This document shows, piece by piece, positions 39,461 to 52,351 of a stretch of DNA of 64,000 bases; position 1 is the stretch's first letter, and every line of letters starts with the position of its first letter. Made by a program: the position numbers and the translations under genes. The stretch is from the NCBI RefSeq assembly GCF_006345805.1, contig NC_043002.1, positions 95,294,001 through 95,358,000 of the forward strand, read 5' to 3'. The notes below the pieces were generated by a model. That model had not been told where the DNA came from and made no database searches. It was given only the letters and a program-made list of their open reading frames with translations. This DNA is from Octopus sinensis (Eukaryota).

Positions 39461-42125
39461 TGGTTCAACATGATGTATGTATGTATATCTATATGTGTCT
39501 TTGTGCTGTGTTTGTCATCTGTCACCTCTTGACAGTCTTGGTTTGTTTATGTCCTCATAACTTAGGAGCTCAGCAAAAAAACTGCTAAGTATCAAGCTTA
39601 AGAAAAATAAGTACAGGATTTGATTCACTTGACTAAATCTTTCAAGGCATGCCCCAGCATTAGCCACAGTCCAATGATTGAAACAAGAAATAAGATAAAA
39701 AAAAGTAAAAAACATGAGGCCATTATGAATTTGCATGGCTTCAGCATGTATTATGAAATGGATATTTGAAGTCTTTTAAGTCTTGAATTGTTCTTTTTTT
39801 TCCCTTCAAATTGCAATTCTTTTCTATTTAAACAATGACAAATTAACATCAAATGATAGTAAAGAAATTTTCATTGGGAAAAAAGGAGAGTGTCTGAATA
39901 AACAGTTGTCTGTATTAACAAGGGAAATGATACTGAATTTCAAGGCTGCAAATAAATGGGAAGATATATCAACTGTATCTAGGGCCACATTAGCCAAAGT
40001 GTCTTTCCGTTTTTTTTTTTTAAATAAGTATGAGTTGAGAAACCTGTGGCTACTATCTTTAGCTGGTGGAGCAACAACATAGGAACTCCCCACCAATGTT
40101 TTTGCCTTTTATTCTTTTAGCATTAACAGTTGACCTTTCACCAATACACGTGGTCTTATGTCCTAGAAATAATAACTGTTGGTGTTGTTATTGCAAAGGT
40201 GGTGAGCTGGCAGAATTGTTTGCATGCCAAACAAAATGCTTAGTAGTATTTTGTCTGTTTTTAAGTTCTGAGTTCAAATTCCACTGAGGTTAACTTTGCA
40301 CTTCATGATTTTGGATTTAAGATGAATACCAGTTGATCAATGGGATCAATGAGATTATTTACCCACCTCCCTCAAGAATTGCTTGCCTCCTGCCAAAATT
40401 TGAAACCATTATTATTAATAAGGCAAAGGTGGAAAGTTGACAGAATTGTTAGCACACAGCTCTTTACATTCCAAGTTCAAATTCCAGTGAGGTTGACTTT
40501 ATCTTTCATCCTTTTGTGGAACAATAAAATAAGTGCCAGTCAAACACTTATCAATTAACCCTCTTTCCCCAAAATTTCATTGGCAGACATATTCATTCTT
40601 TATATATTCTGGCAGATTAAGGCAGCAAGCTGGCAGAATGGTTAGCACACCAAGCAAAATGCTTAGTGGTATTTCATCCATCTTCCCATTCTGAGTTCAA
40701 ATTCTGTCAAGTTTTCCTCTTCAGACTGACTGATAAAAGAAAATGAACAAAAGCAAAGTTGGTTTTTAGATATGACAAAATTGTAGATGAAATACAATAG
40801 TACTTTCTTCATCAATTTGTATAGAAAATTATAAATAAATAATTTTTAAAAATTATGAGAGGTAAATATAGTAATGGAGCTAATCACTGCCTGGTAAATC
40901 TGTACAGTTGATGTCATTTGTGGTAATCACTATGGATTACAATCATGAAATGCACTTGAAATACAAGAACATTAGTAATAATTCAGCTGCTGTGTTCACT
41001 AATCTTTGCCCTGAGGGAAGAAATCTTAATTACAAAAAGTGAGCTAAAGGAAATAACACAAGTGGGCCAATGGTAAGTCATGATATACTCAATGGCATAT
41101 ACAAACAACTCTTCACACTAATTGAAATTTACCTTTTAGTTGGAGAAAGATTACAAAAACCTAGTGGTGACTGTTGGTGATTCTGTTAAAGGTGGGGAAA
41201 TCATTTTAAGAAAGTACAAATTAATTTCACAGAAACTTGAATGTTCATGTATAGTGGGTAAAATCTGATATTTGCTAGCACTGTGGCAATTTTAGCTAAA
41301 TTATAGCAATAGCTTTCTTTAATGGCATACCAGATTGAAATAAAAATTTATTGTGTCTATGATACTATTTGTTATTATAAGCTGCAACCGTGATTCATGA
41401 ACACACACACATCTACAGTTGAGTTCTTGACTGAGTGCTATTCATAAGAACAAAATATAAAAAACTCAAGCAGTCTTGTTTTAATTTGAAATTATTTATA
41501 TTATGACCATTGGGGAAATCCCAGTTAAACAGTAGATATTATCTGTTGATCAAGTAAATCTAAATCTAAAAATCGAAATTCTTCCATTATAGTCATATTT
41601 GCCAAAGATTTCTCTCAGAACACTGAAGGAATAAAAAAAACATCAAAATATTATTAAGTCTGAAATTATTACCTTTTGTCATCAAATTTTGTTTATCTCC
41701 AGAGATTAATGAAGTGTTAGTGAATTGTTATCTAAATAGAATTGAGTTAACATGAAGACTAACATCATATTTTCATGTTTGCTTCATTCAATAATGACAC
41801 TCTTCACTTTGTTCATCTTGACAATGCTTCAGGGAAAAAAAGACTTCTTAGTTATCTCTTCAAACACAGAAGCTACAAGTTGCAATATTATAGCTGAAAT
41901 GATACTATAACAACCCCTCAGTGCCACTAATTGAAATATAATTTCTTTAATATGATAGAATTTTCTCTATAATGAATATGGTGCCCACAACTTCATCCTA
42001 AGTATACTACAATTCTGATCTTATGTACAACAGCTATAAGCTATCAACGATTGACACAGAATTAATGCTATGGCTTCTGTCTGTCTGTTTGTGTGTATGT
42101 ATGTATATACATATATACATGCATG

Positions 42126-42182
<57 letters not shown>

Positions 42183-42186
<4 letters not shown>

Positions 42187-42548
42187 TCTTTTACTTGTTT
42201 CAGTCATCTGACTGCGGCCATGCTGGAGCACCGCCTTTTTAGTCGAGCAAATCAACCCCGGGACTTATTCTCTTTTGCCGAACCGCTAAGTGACGGGGAC
42301 GTAAACACACCAGCATCGGTTGTCAAGCAATGCTAGGGGGACAAACACAGACACACAAACACACACACACATACATATATATATATACATATATACGACA
42401 GGCTTCTTTCAGTTTCCGTCTACCAAATCCACTCACAAGGCATTGGTCGGCCCGGGGCTATAGCAGAAGACACTTGCCCAAGATGCCACGCAGTGGGACT
42501 GAACCCAGAACCATGTGGTTGGTTAGCAAGCTACTTACCACACAGCCA
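42183..42548 (-). mobile_element. tRNA-derived SINE family A, young
   Basis: CpG-rich copy of family A. Confidence 0.85.
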
Positions 42549-42659
42549 TATATATATATATATATATATATAATCATCATCATTGTTTAACGTCCGCTTT
42601 CCATGCTAGCATGGGTTGGATGATTTGACTGAGGTCTGGCGAACCAGATGGCTGCACCA

Positions 42660-43250
42660 AGTCAACAATTGTTCTATGTTCACTATCTGATCCTGACAGA
42701 AATCCTTCTCATCTGAGAAAAGCCAAAGCATATTCAGTTGGTGGGGATGCCTGAGTTTGTTCAAAAGCTTCATAGCGTGGGCTTTCCTCCTGTCCTTGAT
42801 GGCTTGTGATAAAAATTGGCCCTTTCTCAACTTGTATGAAGAACACTGAATGTCTTCATGTACTGCCTGACTGATAAGAAACTCAGACACTTCCATGTGC
42901 CTGGCAATGGATCTGACTGACTTTGAGGAACGATCAGAGTGAGTTTTTCAAGCTGTCATATCTTCACAATCACCATTAGATTCATCCAACTCTTGGCGAA
43001 TCTTCTGTACTGTCCTCAGATTGACACACAAGCACTCTGAAATGTTTGTATTGGAGCTTCCAGCACAAATGCCAAGCAGTACAGCCTGTCGTTTCAAATT
43101 TCTGGCAGCGTGCATTGCATCATGGTGCTGTTTTTCTCACAGACGGTGCCCAACGGACCCTACTATACTGTGTAGTTGACAAAATCAAAAACAAACAAGG
43201 CACATGCGCAAAATCAAAATGATAAAATGGCAACAATTTACCCATCACAC
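42660..43250 (-). mobile_element. Tc1/mariner superfamily relic, maT/DD37D-like, 3'-truncated
   Basis: ORF 42606-42896: VHEDIQCSSYKLRKGQFLS...LLNKLRHP..WLFSDEKDFCQDQ (first catalytic Asp). Terminal ACACCCTGTA at ~43248. Confidence 0.75.
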
Positions 43251-43534
43251 CCTGTATATGCATGTGGTGTGTGTGTGTATATTATAATCCTCATCACTGT
43301 TTAACATCTGCTTTTCATGAGGACTGGCAAGCCAATCAGATCTGGCAAGGTTTCTACAGCTGGATTTCCTTCCTAACACCACCCATTCCAAGAGTGTAGT
43401 GGGTGCTTTTTATGTGCCACTGGTACGGGAGTCAGTCAGGTGGCACTGGCATCAACCACATTCAGATGGTGCTTTTTACATGCCACTGGCACAGGAGCCA
43501 GTCAGAGGGCACTAGCATGTGTGTGTGTGTGTAT

Positions 43535-43925
43535 ACTCTTTTTACTCTTTTACTTGTTTCAGTCATTTGACTGTGGCCATGCTGGAACACCACCTTTAGT
43601 CAAACAAATCGACCCCGGGACTTATTCTTTGTAAGCCTAGTACTTATTCTATCGGTCTCTTTTGCCAAACTGCTAAGTTACATGGACATAAACACACCAG
43701 CATCAGTTGTCAAGTGATGTTGGGGGGGGGGACAATCATATACACACACGTACATATATGTATATAAATATACAACAGGCTTCTTTCAGTTTCCATCTAC
43801 CAAATCCACTCAAGGCTTTGGTCGGCCTGAGGCTATAGTAGAAGACACTTGCCCAAAGTGCCACACAGTGGGACTGAACCCGGAACCATGTGGTTGGTAA
43901 GCAATCTACATACCACACAACTACT
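43535..43925 (-). mobile_element. tRNA-derived SINE family A
   Basis: Full body as at 1408-1775. Confidence 0.85.
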
Positions 43926-43927
<2 letters not shown>

Positions 43928-43975
<48 letters not shown>

Positions 43976-44290
43976 TGTGTGTGTGTATATATGTATATGC
44001 ATGTGTGTGTGTATGTATATGCATGTGTGTATGTATATGCATATATGTATATGCATGTGTGTGTATATACGTATATGCATATGTATATGCATGTGTGTAT
44101 ATATGTATATGCATATGTATATACATGTGTGTGTATTTGTATATGCATGTATGTATATATATATATATATATACATGCATGTGTGTATATATATATATAA
44201 GTATATGCATGTGTTTGTAAGTATATGCATATGTGTGTATATATATGTATGTGCATGTGTGTATATATGTGTATGTGTGCATATATATCT
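43928..44290. repeat. compound (TA)n/(TATGCATGTGTG)-type microsatellite
   Basis: Direct inspection. It is the source of six spurious ORFs. Confidence 0.95.
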
Positions 44291-45432
44291 AGTCACTTTA
44301 TAAAAGTTCTGTTCTCACTGCTGTGAGTTCTGCTATGACTGATCTACCTGTTACCTTTCACACATCTTCTATTTCACTAAACATATGCCAAAATCATCAT
44401 CATTTCTCAGCTTTTAATCAGAAACACAACATCAAAATAGAGATATTGACTTTGTTGTCAGCTAAAAAATCTCTTTTGCAGGATCTGCCAATTCACGAAT
44501 GTATATTTTCTCTCACATACACATCATAAACATTTTCATGTTTATACAGTTATTAATAAAACTAATTGTGCCAAGCTTCTCTGTCTCGGATTTCAAGATA
44601 AATAGCATTTCATGTTAGAAAGATACATGTACACTTAACAATAGGTGCCAGGCTGTCTCTGCTTTCACCAGAGGCAACATTATTTGTGTTTGATTATCCC
44701 TTGGATGATGATTCACTTCTAAAAAAAGGAAGCCTGTATTTGTGTTGAATATTCATTTATTTTCTTCTTTAAAAAGAACTTGTTTTAAATTACTTATTCC
44801 TTAATAGCTGACATATGACATTGTCTTCAGTAGCAATACTACAACAACAAGAATAACATATACTTTACAGATTTAGATTTCAGTTCACATTGTGAAATCC
44901 TACACAAGATTCTTCTTTTTATATTTGATATAAAATTTCTTTCCTTTTGGCTATCATGTATATATAGCTATTATTGTGACACCTACACTGTAAAAGATTG
45001 ATTTCATTGGCTAATTGAATAATGCAAATCATGTTTATTAACATTGTGAGTGTATTTGTGTGCATATGCATTAAAATGAGCATATTTTCAGGCATGAAAT
45101 GTGCAATAATGTCGATAGTTTATCTGATCTGTAGTCAGTAATTAGTGTGTGAAATCTGAATGAAGAACATAGTGATTTAATTGATGATATCAGAGAAAGA
45201 AATCTGATAGTTATCGTAGAATTATGCGAAACTCTGGTTATAATTATTGGTAAATTTCTTATTGGAGATCAAAACGAGTCGACAGAAATGAAATTGTGGT
45301 GTAATTTTAAATATCCTAATCTTTGGTCGATAAATCATTGACTGTAGTTTATTCTGTTCAAGGAATGTGTGTGTACATATATATACACATACACACAAAC
45401 CAAATATATGTATGAATGAATGTGTATGTATG

Positions 45433-45464
<32 letters not shown>

Positions 45465-45804
45465 TGTATATAAATATATAAGGCAATGAACTGGCAAAAT
45501 TGTTAGAGTGCCAGATAAGTTGCTTTGCTATAATCACTCTGTCTCATTGTGCTCGGAGTTCAAATCTCATCAAGGTCAACTTTGCCTTTCATCCTTTTAG
45601 GGATCAATAAATGAAATATAATTTCAATACTGGGGTCAATTTTCTTTCTGTCTGCTTCTTTCTTGCCCCAAGAACAAATTAGCTGTGGTCAGACCAGGAA
45701 ACAGATGAGCTCCACCAGGTTAAAAAATACCTAAGACATATTGTATTTCATGACAGAACCTTCCCCACTCTATCAAGGAGTGGGAAGGCAAAGCATATAT
45801 ATAT

Positions 45805-47250
45805 AATTCTCTTTCACTATTTTTAACTCTTCCATCACATTTCTTGACATTTTTGTCAGTATACACCACTCTTCTCCCACTACTTCCATCCACTACAAAC
45901 ACACCAACTCACACTCCTACTTAAATTCTCCTCCTCCCACTCTAACCCACACCAAGCTCTCCATCCCTTACTCCCAATTCCTCCGGCTGCACAGGCTCTG
46001 CAGTGACAACTATGACTTTGAGTCTCAATCTCAACTCATAGCTTGCCACTTCATCCTTCATGGATATCCCCTCACTACTATCCACACTGCCTTTGCCAGA
46101 ACATATTCCATATACCATGCCTCTGCTCTTTCTCCTCACACCCATACCACCATTGACCATCTCCCATTTCCCCTCACCTACCACCCCTCCAATGCACCAT
46201 TCTCCAAGCCTTCCTATGACTCCAGTCCAATCCCTCTACCTCTCACATCTTCCTCAACATACCCTTCCCTCCTTCAAATGAGCCCACAACCTGCATGACC
46301 ACCTGGTCCACAGTTTTTTTCCCCCACTCCCACCCACACTGCTATACTGACCCCTACCTCTCCAATGCCAACATCCTCACAGGCATCCATCATATCACTG
46401 ACTCCTTTACCTGCACTTCCAGCAACATCATTTACTGCATCTCTTGCTCTTTCTGGCCTTCCCTGTACATTGGTCAAACGGGATGCCACTTGGCTGACCG
46501 GTTCACAGAGCACCTCTGAGATATCAGGCTCAACAATGACACTCTGGTCATGTGCCATTTCTGCTCTACCAGTCGTTCACTACATCTGTGTTCAGACTGT
46601 CTTTGCATAGGGGCCATCTGGACTCCCACCTTCGCTGTGAACAGGAATTAATTTTCTCTCTTCACTCCTTTGCACCACATGGGCTCAACTCCCTCCTCTC
46701 TTCACCTGACCCCCCCTACTCTCCTCATCTTACTCCCCTTCCTCTCTTCACTCCTACCCATCTCCTCTCTTCACCCCACACACCACACTACCCTACACCA
46801 CTCCAAACACTAGCACTGACCAGTTCCCAGCACCCACATCCACAAACAATCTTCAATAGCATCACCACACATACCACTATATGAACAATCACACGTTAGA
46901 TGCACATGCCCACACACATCAAAGTCACTAGCCCCTATTCACACTTACACATTCACACACCATTCTCACATACACACTTTCATGTGAGATCGCCATCACT
47001 TTATCATCTCCCTTTTTTCCAACCTCTTCTTTCAAACATTTTTCTAATCAGTTGCCATGTTTGACTGCTAAATCTATGGGTTTTTTTCATTCTCTCTCTG
47101 TTTATTTTCTCTTATTCTTTTCTGTTGAAGAGCATAAGCTCAAAATGTAAGAGGCTTTTCCTTTTTCCCGAACATCAAACTATTACACCTGCTTGTTGTT
47201 CATACGCCTGTCTTCATCTTCTGTTTTTATATAAATTTCAACCATAATAT
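45805..47250 (+). mobile_element. Penelope-like retroelement, 5'-truncated: RT C-terminus, GIY-YIG endonuclease and 3' terminal region
   Basis: SITFLDIFVSIHHS..TSIHYKHTNSHSYLN..HTKLSIPYSQFLRLHRLCSD (RT end/thumb). HITDSFTCTSSNIIYCISCSFWPSLYIGQTG..LADRFTEH (GIY-YIG). EQELIFSLHSFAPHGLN (C-terminus). Stops and frameshifts are present. Confidence 0.9.
47117..47154 (+). ncRNA. decayed minimal hammerhead-like motif in the Penelope 3' region
   Basis: CTTTT-CTGTTGA-A-GAGC(ATAA)GCTC-AAAA-TG-TA-AGAGG. The deviations from GAAA-CG-UH are the changes expected from CpG deamination. Confidence 0.5.
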
Positions 47251-48075
47251 AGTAATGTTTGTATGTCGACATAACATAGCAGTCCTGTAGAGGACAATGT
47301 TACTGTTGTTTTAGCCTCAGGAAAACATCCCTTCCAGCTGCTTAAGGACACACAGTCTGTGTCCGTATATAGCATTTGCAAGGCAGGTCATCACTCCCAT
47401 CTCGAGCCTTATGTGATACTCACAGACCTAGGTTTCTGGATGTTATCTGTCCTCAGTGTGAGACAGTCACCAGCTAGTGACAAAAGCTATCTCCACTTGC
47501 AAATACTACATGTTCTTTAAGTGACATGCAGTTGCTGATCTCGTATTGTGAAAAACATGTTTTAAATCTCTGAGCGAGAGAAACACAGTAACAGTATTGG
47601 ATAGTAATGTTGATATGCCAACATAACATGGCAGTCCTGTGAAATACGATGTTACTGTTGTTTGAGCCCTGGGAAAACATCTCTTCCAGTGTCGGTCAGG
47701 GAGTTTGACTGGGGTGGTACATCTGTCAAACAGTAACGCAGGTGTCCCAAGGTGAGCTCAGTGTGGACAGAAACCACATGTCGAGCAAAAGGGTAAAAGT
47801 TTGCTTGAACTCGATTTTTAGTACAAATATGGACCACGAAAGCATGGCCCATCAATCCTTTCCGAACAGCAGCAAGCTATGCGCCCGCCGAGAGGTGTCA
47901 AAAAAGTTACCACAGGGATAACTGGCTTTTGGCGGCCAAGCGTTCGCAGCGACATCACTTTTTGATCCTTCGATGTTGGCTTATGTGATACTCACAGACC
48001 TAGGTTTCTGAATGTTGTGTGAGACAATCACCTGCTAATGACAATTACTAGCGATCTCCACTTGCAAACACACAC
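47251..48075 (+). repeat. two tandem copies (period ~352 bp) of an unclassified repeat; the second carries the 28S fragment
   Basis: Block A at 47251-47338 and 47603-47689. Block B (TTATGTGATACTCACAGACCTAGGTTTCTG...CTCCACTTGCAAA) at 47409-47512 and 47981-48068. Confidence 0.85.
47687..47981 (+). pseudogene. 28S: 28S (LSU) rRNA fragment, domain V (P-loop through the central PTC loop)
   Basis: GGGAGTTTGACTGGGG(T)GGTACATCTGTCAAA, AAGTTACCACAGGGATAACTGGCTT, GGCGGCCAAGCGTTC and TTTTTGATCCTTCGATGT(T)GGCT are universally conserved eukaryotic LSU segments in the correct order. The fragment is isolated and carries several transitions. Confidence 0.95.
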
Positions 48076-48469
48076 ATTTTTTATTAAAGCTGCAAACTTA
48101 TATCAAGACTATTACTCAGAGTTTCATGTCCCTTTCATCAGACAGCTGTTTACTTCACAACTGTCAGATGAATTGGAATGTAAAATGCTGAGTAACAGTT
48201 TTGTGATAATTTTACAGCTTTAATAAAAGTATATTACTCTATGTTTGGTATTCGAGTACTATTTTTTCCACTTCATTTTGCTCTTATATGTTCACCTGTG
48301 TGTGTTTGTTTGTGGTTCTGTTGTTTAGCTCCAATCTTGATTGAGCAAAAGCAATCCAACCATGATGATTCTGCGTAATTATGCCAAGGTATCTTTTTCC
48401 CAAGATGGTAGGGAGAAAGAGAGATTTGAAAGAAATTTAGTTGCTATTTCTTGTAGTTTTCATTAACTT

Positions 48470-48673
48470 GTTCTTTTATTCATCTCAGTCATTTTGATTG
48501 TGGCCATACTGGAGCACTACCCTTAGTTGAGCAAATCGACCCCAGGACTTATTCTTTGTAAGCCTAGTACTTATTCCATCAGTCTCTTATGCTGGACCAC
48601 CAAGTTATGGGGACATAAATACACCAGCATCGATGTAAAGCAATGTTGGGACACACACATAAACATATACAAG

Positions 48674-48719
<46 letters not shown>

Positions 48720-48897
48720 ATATACACATATAACTGGCTTCTTTCAATTTCCATCCACCAAATCCACTCACAAGGTTTTGGTCGGCCCAAGGTTATAGTA
48801 GAAGACACTTGCCCAAGGTGCCACACAGTGGGACTGAACCTGGAACCATGTGGTTGGTTTGCAAGCTACTTACCACACAGCCACTCCTGCGCCTATA
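48470..48897 (-). mobile_element. tRNA-derived SINE family A, full length
   Basis: Ends ACCACACAGCCACTCCTGCGCCTA. A family B head fragment follows at 48900-48965. Confidence 0.85.
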
Positions 48898-51189
48898 AAA
48901 AAGACAGCCGAAATACCGCTAAGTATTTCACCCGGCGCGCTAACATTTCTGCCAACTCACCACGTTGTGTGTATGTGTGTGTGTATGTATGGATAAGATA
49001 TTAGCTTACCAGTTCATATATACCAAAATTTATAATGAAATGAATAAATGCTGCAATTATTATTATAAATGCTGCATGTTAATAAGCATGATTAATTGTT
49101 TGTTTTAAATAGAAAATCACATTAGAACAGAAATATAAGTAAAGTGACCCACAAGAATATGGAAACTAAAATAGGTTGTAACATTTAATCCGCTTCGAAA
49201 TTTAATAATAATAATAATAATAATAATAATAGTGTGCTGCAGTTTTCACTCTACATTTACAAGTAGAATGACCTTTTAATGTTCATGTGATCTCTGAATA
49301 AACTAAGTGGAAACTATTCTTGAATAGTCATGTCATAAATAAATGCTGGTTTTCTATAAGAACGTGTTAAAATTTAATTTGAGCAAGCAACAGTGCAAAA
49401 AAAAAAGAAAGAAAAGAAAAAGAGAGAGAGAGAAAAATAGAGAAAGGAAGTCATTTGAGATGTTTACAAGGGTTTATCTAAGACCCCTAGGCAATATGTA
49501 AAACGAAAAAACATTTGAAGACAAACGTTTTTAGATATGACAAAAATGGTAAATGTTTAAGAAAACCTGTATTTATATAATTTAATTTCTTGAAATATTA
49601 TTAAATTTTTTTTCAGAAATGCATTTTGGCTTTTGATATTCTTAAACTCAATGGAAATTAAAGTAATGTTCATAGAGCTAACATGAATGAATTATGTCTT
49701 TTGGTTTCATTTTCCACATACTAAGAGAAAATAAACCTCTTCTAGTTTTGCTTGGCACAAAAATTCAATAATAGTCAGAGTGAATATGGTTTTGTGAGAA
49801 CATGTTAAAAATACATTGGAGAAACAGCAGTAAAAAACAAAAATGTTTAGTTACATGATATTAATAATAAGTTAGGTGTGCATAATGTGCTGTGAGAGTG
49901 TACATGTATATTGTAAAAGTCAAATATGTAAAAGCAGATTGATAATGGTCAACAGTAAAAAGATAGGTAGGGAAGTTTATATATTTTAAACTGATGGAAA
50001 TATTAATTGGCATCTCATTCTGCAAACAATTTAAAACAGCTGATTCTATTCTATTGAGGAAAAACCCAAGAGAAAGGTAACTCTAGTTGAAAGGAAGAAA
50101 GAGAAATAAGACGGCTTGTCTGTGGCTGTTGATTGAAAATAAGAGAAAATCTTGACTTCTAACTTCAATAATTCTATAAGTAAGTAGTCCAACAGTCTAA
50201 AACTTACTTATAAACTACTGGTCTTTGATTGGTTAAAATAACGTATAAAAAAACAATGAAACAATAAAATGTTACTTGAATGAGATTACTACAACCCTTA
50301 TTATGTTGGTTTCAGTTTGACATTCTTAGCATCCATTTCATTTTCTCTAAATAATTAGTTATATAAAGTTTATTAAAAGATAGTGTTTCACAAAAATTCT
50401 TATATTTGCAATTACTTTCATTATAGTTCTCATGAATTTTGCTTGTATCCTGAAAAACTCTACCAGAAAAAAATTAAGATAAGCATGTAACATATATTTT
50501 GGTGGGTAACCACTTAAAAGTGTTATCAGATGCCAAGTGATTACTAGGATTAGAGCAAGTTATCTTAGCTTCCATCTTCTCATAAAACTAGAGTGCTATG
50601 ATTTCCTTGACAAAATGCAGTATTTTCACAAGTCATTCTCTTAATATGGTATCTCCCTTTAGAAAGACAATTCAACTAATTATTAAGTACCTGTCAAGGT
50701 ATGCTTAGTAGAGAATGGCACACATAATATAAACAATATTTTTAAGATGTAACATAGAGTATTTATATATTTCATGTGTGCATGTGTGTTTATATGTACA
50801 CTTACATAAACATATATATATATATATACATGCTTGCATACTCACAATCTATGTATATCTGAAAACATGTTGTCTATCACATAATTGTTGTCTTACCTCA
50901 ATTAACACTACAAATTTTATCCAGATTAATTACAAGGAAAACAAATTACTTCTGTAATTTAAGTGTCTGGAATCAACTTTGTGTCACATGGTTTTATCTA
51001 ATTAATTACTTGGTAATTTTTCTTTATCATCCATCTTTTGTTAATGATAGGAAGGGTAAATTTAATGAAATCAGCTATTTTATATAATTCTTATTAAATG
51101 GCATAGCACAGAATTAAGTCATCAAATTCATGAAACAAGGCACTAGACCAATACCATGACAAAGGTGTTGCATTGAAATGCAATATATT

Positions 51190-51470
51190 CTTTTCTAGTC
51201 TAGGCATAAGGCCCAAAATTTTGGGGGGAGGGGGCCAGTCAATTAGATCGTTCCCAGTATGCAATTGGTACTTAATTTATTGACCCCGAAAGGATGAAAG
51301 GCAAAGTCGACCTCGGCAGAATTTGAACTCAGAACATAAAGACAGATGAAAAAAGTATTCTTTTCTGCCCAAGGCCTGAAATTTTTGGGGAGGGGTCCAG
51401 TTGAATAGATCGATCCCAATATGCAACTGATACTTAATTTATCAACCCTGAAAGGATGAAAAACAAAGTC
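51190..51470 (-). mobile_element. two tandem SINE family B 3' halves
   Basis: AGGCC(C/T)..AATTTTTGGGG..GG..CCAG..AT.GATCG..CCCA.TATGCAA.TG.TACTTAATTTAT..ACCC.GAAAGGATGAAA occurs at ~51208 and ~51372. Confidence 0.75.
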
Positions 51471-52059
51471 GCATTTTATGCCTATAGCCTTTCCTGTTTT
51501 TCATGCTCAGGATATTTTTTATTCCAGTGGCTTTTGAAAACATATAATACTAACATGGAATGTAAATATTTGTATGCACGTGTACCCACACATATGCACA
51601 CACATACACACTCACATGCATGCACGCACACAATGGACCTCAATACAGTTTCTGTCTAAGAAATTTACTAACAAGGCATTGGTTAGCATGGGGTTATAGT
51701 AGAAGACACTATTTTTTTATCTTCTTATCTTTGCCTGATGTTCAACACAGTGGAATTGATACCACCAAAAAAAAAAAAAAAACTACGTAGTTGCAAAGGG
51801 AACTTTGTTACTGCATAACCATGTCTGCACCTAATGTGGAGATGATGATGACTATCATTACACTTCATGTATTTTGAGCAAATACTGTAATACATGCAAG
51901 AACTAAGAATGCTATAAACATGTGCACTATTACAAACATTGTCTCTAGTCTGAGAAGATAATTACCTCACTTCCAGCAGCCAAAATGAGTAGTACAAGTA
52001 TTTCAAAGGGCCAGCCTTGTCACATTCTATGTTCTACTGAATATCCCTGAGAACTACAT

Positions 52060-52340
52060 CTATCTGTGTTCAGACTGTCTTTGCACAGGGGCCATCTGGA
52101 CTCCCATCTTTGCTGTGAACAGGAATTAATTTTCTCTCTTTGCTCCTTTGTACCACATGGGCTCAACTCCCTCCTCTCTTCACACCTACCCATCACCTCT
52201 CTTCACACCTACCCATCACCTCTCTTCATCGATACCATACACACCCGTTCACACACCCCACCCACACCACACATCCTACCCACACACCACACTACCCTAT
52301 ACCACTCTAAACACTAGCACTTCTAACTCTCTTTTCATGT
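52060..52340 (+). mobile_element. short 5'-truncated copy of the Penelope-like element (end of GIY-YIG ORF)
   Basis: ORF 52066-52317 (FRLSLHRGHLDSHL.CEQELIFSL.SF.PHGLNSLL) is nearly identical to 46585-46700. Confidence 0.85.
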
Positions 52341-52351
52341 GCCATGCATAT

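Noticed and set aside
47687-47981. Functional rDNA locus or bacterial/organellar contaminant
   Set aside because: It is only ~295 nt, has no flanking rRNA, carries substitutions in invariant positions and has eukaryotic-type signatures (GGGATAACTGGC).
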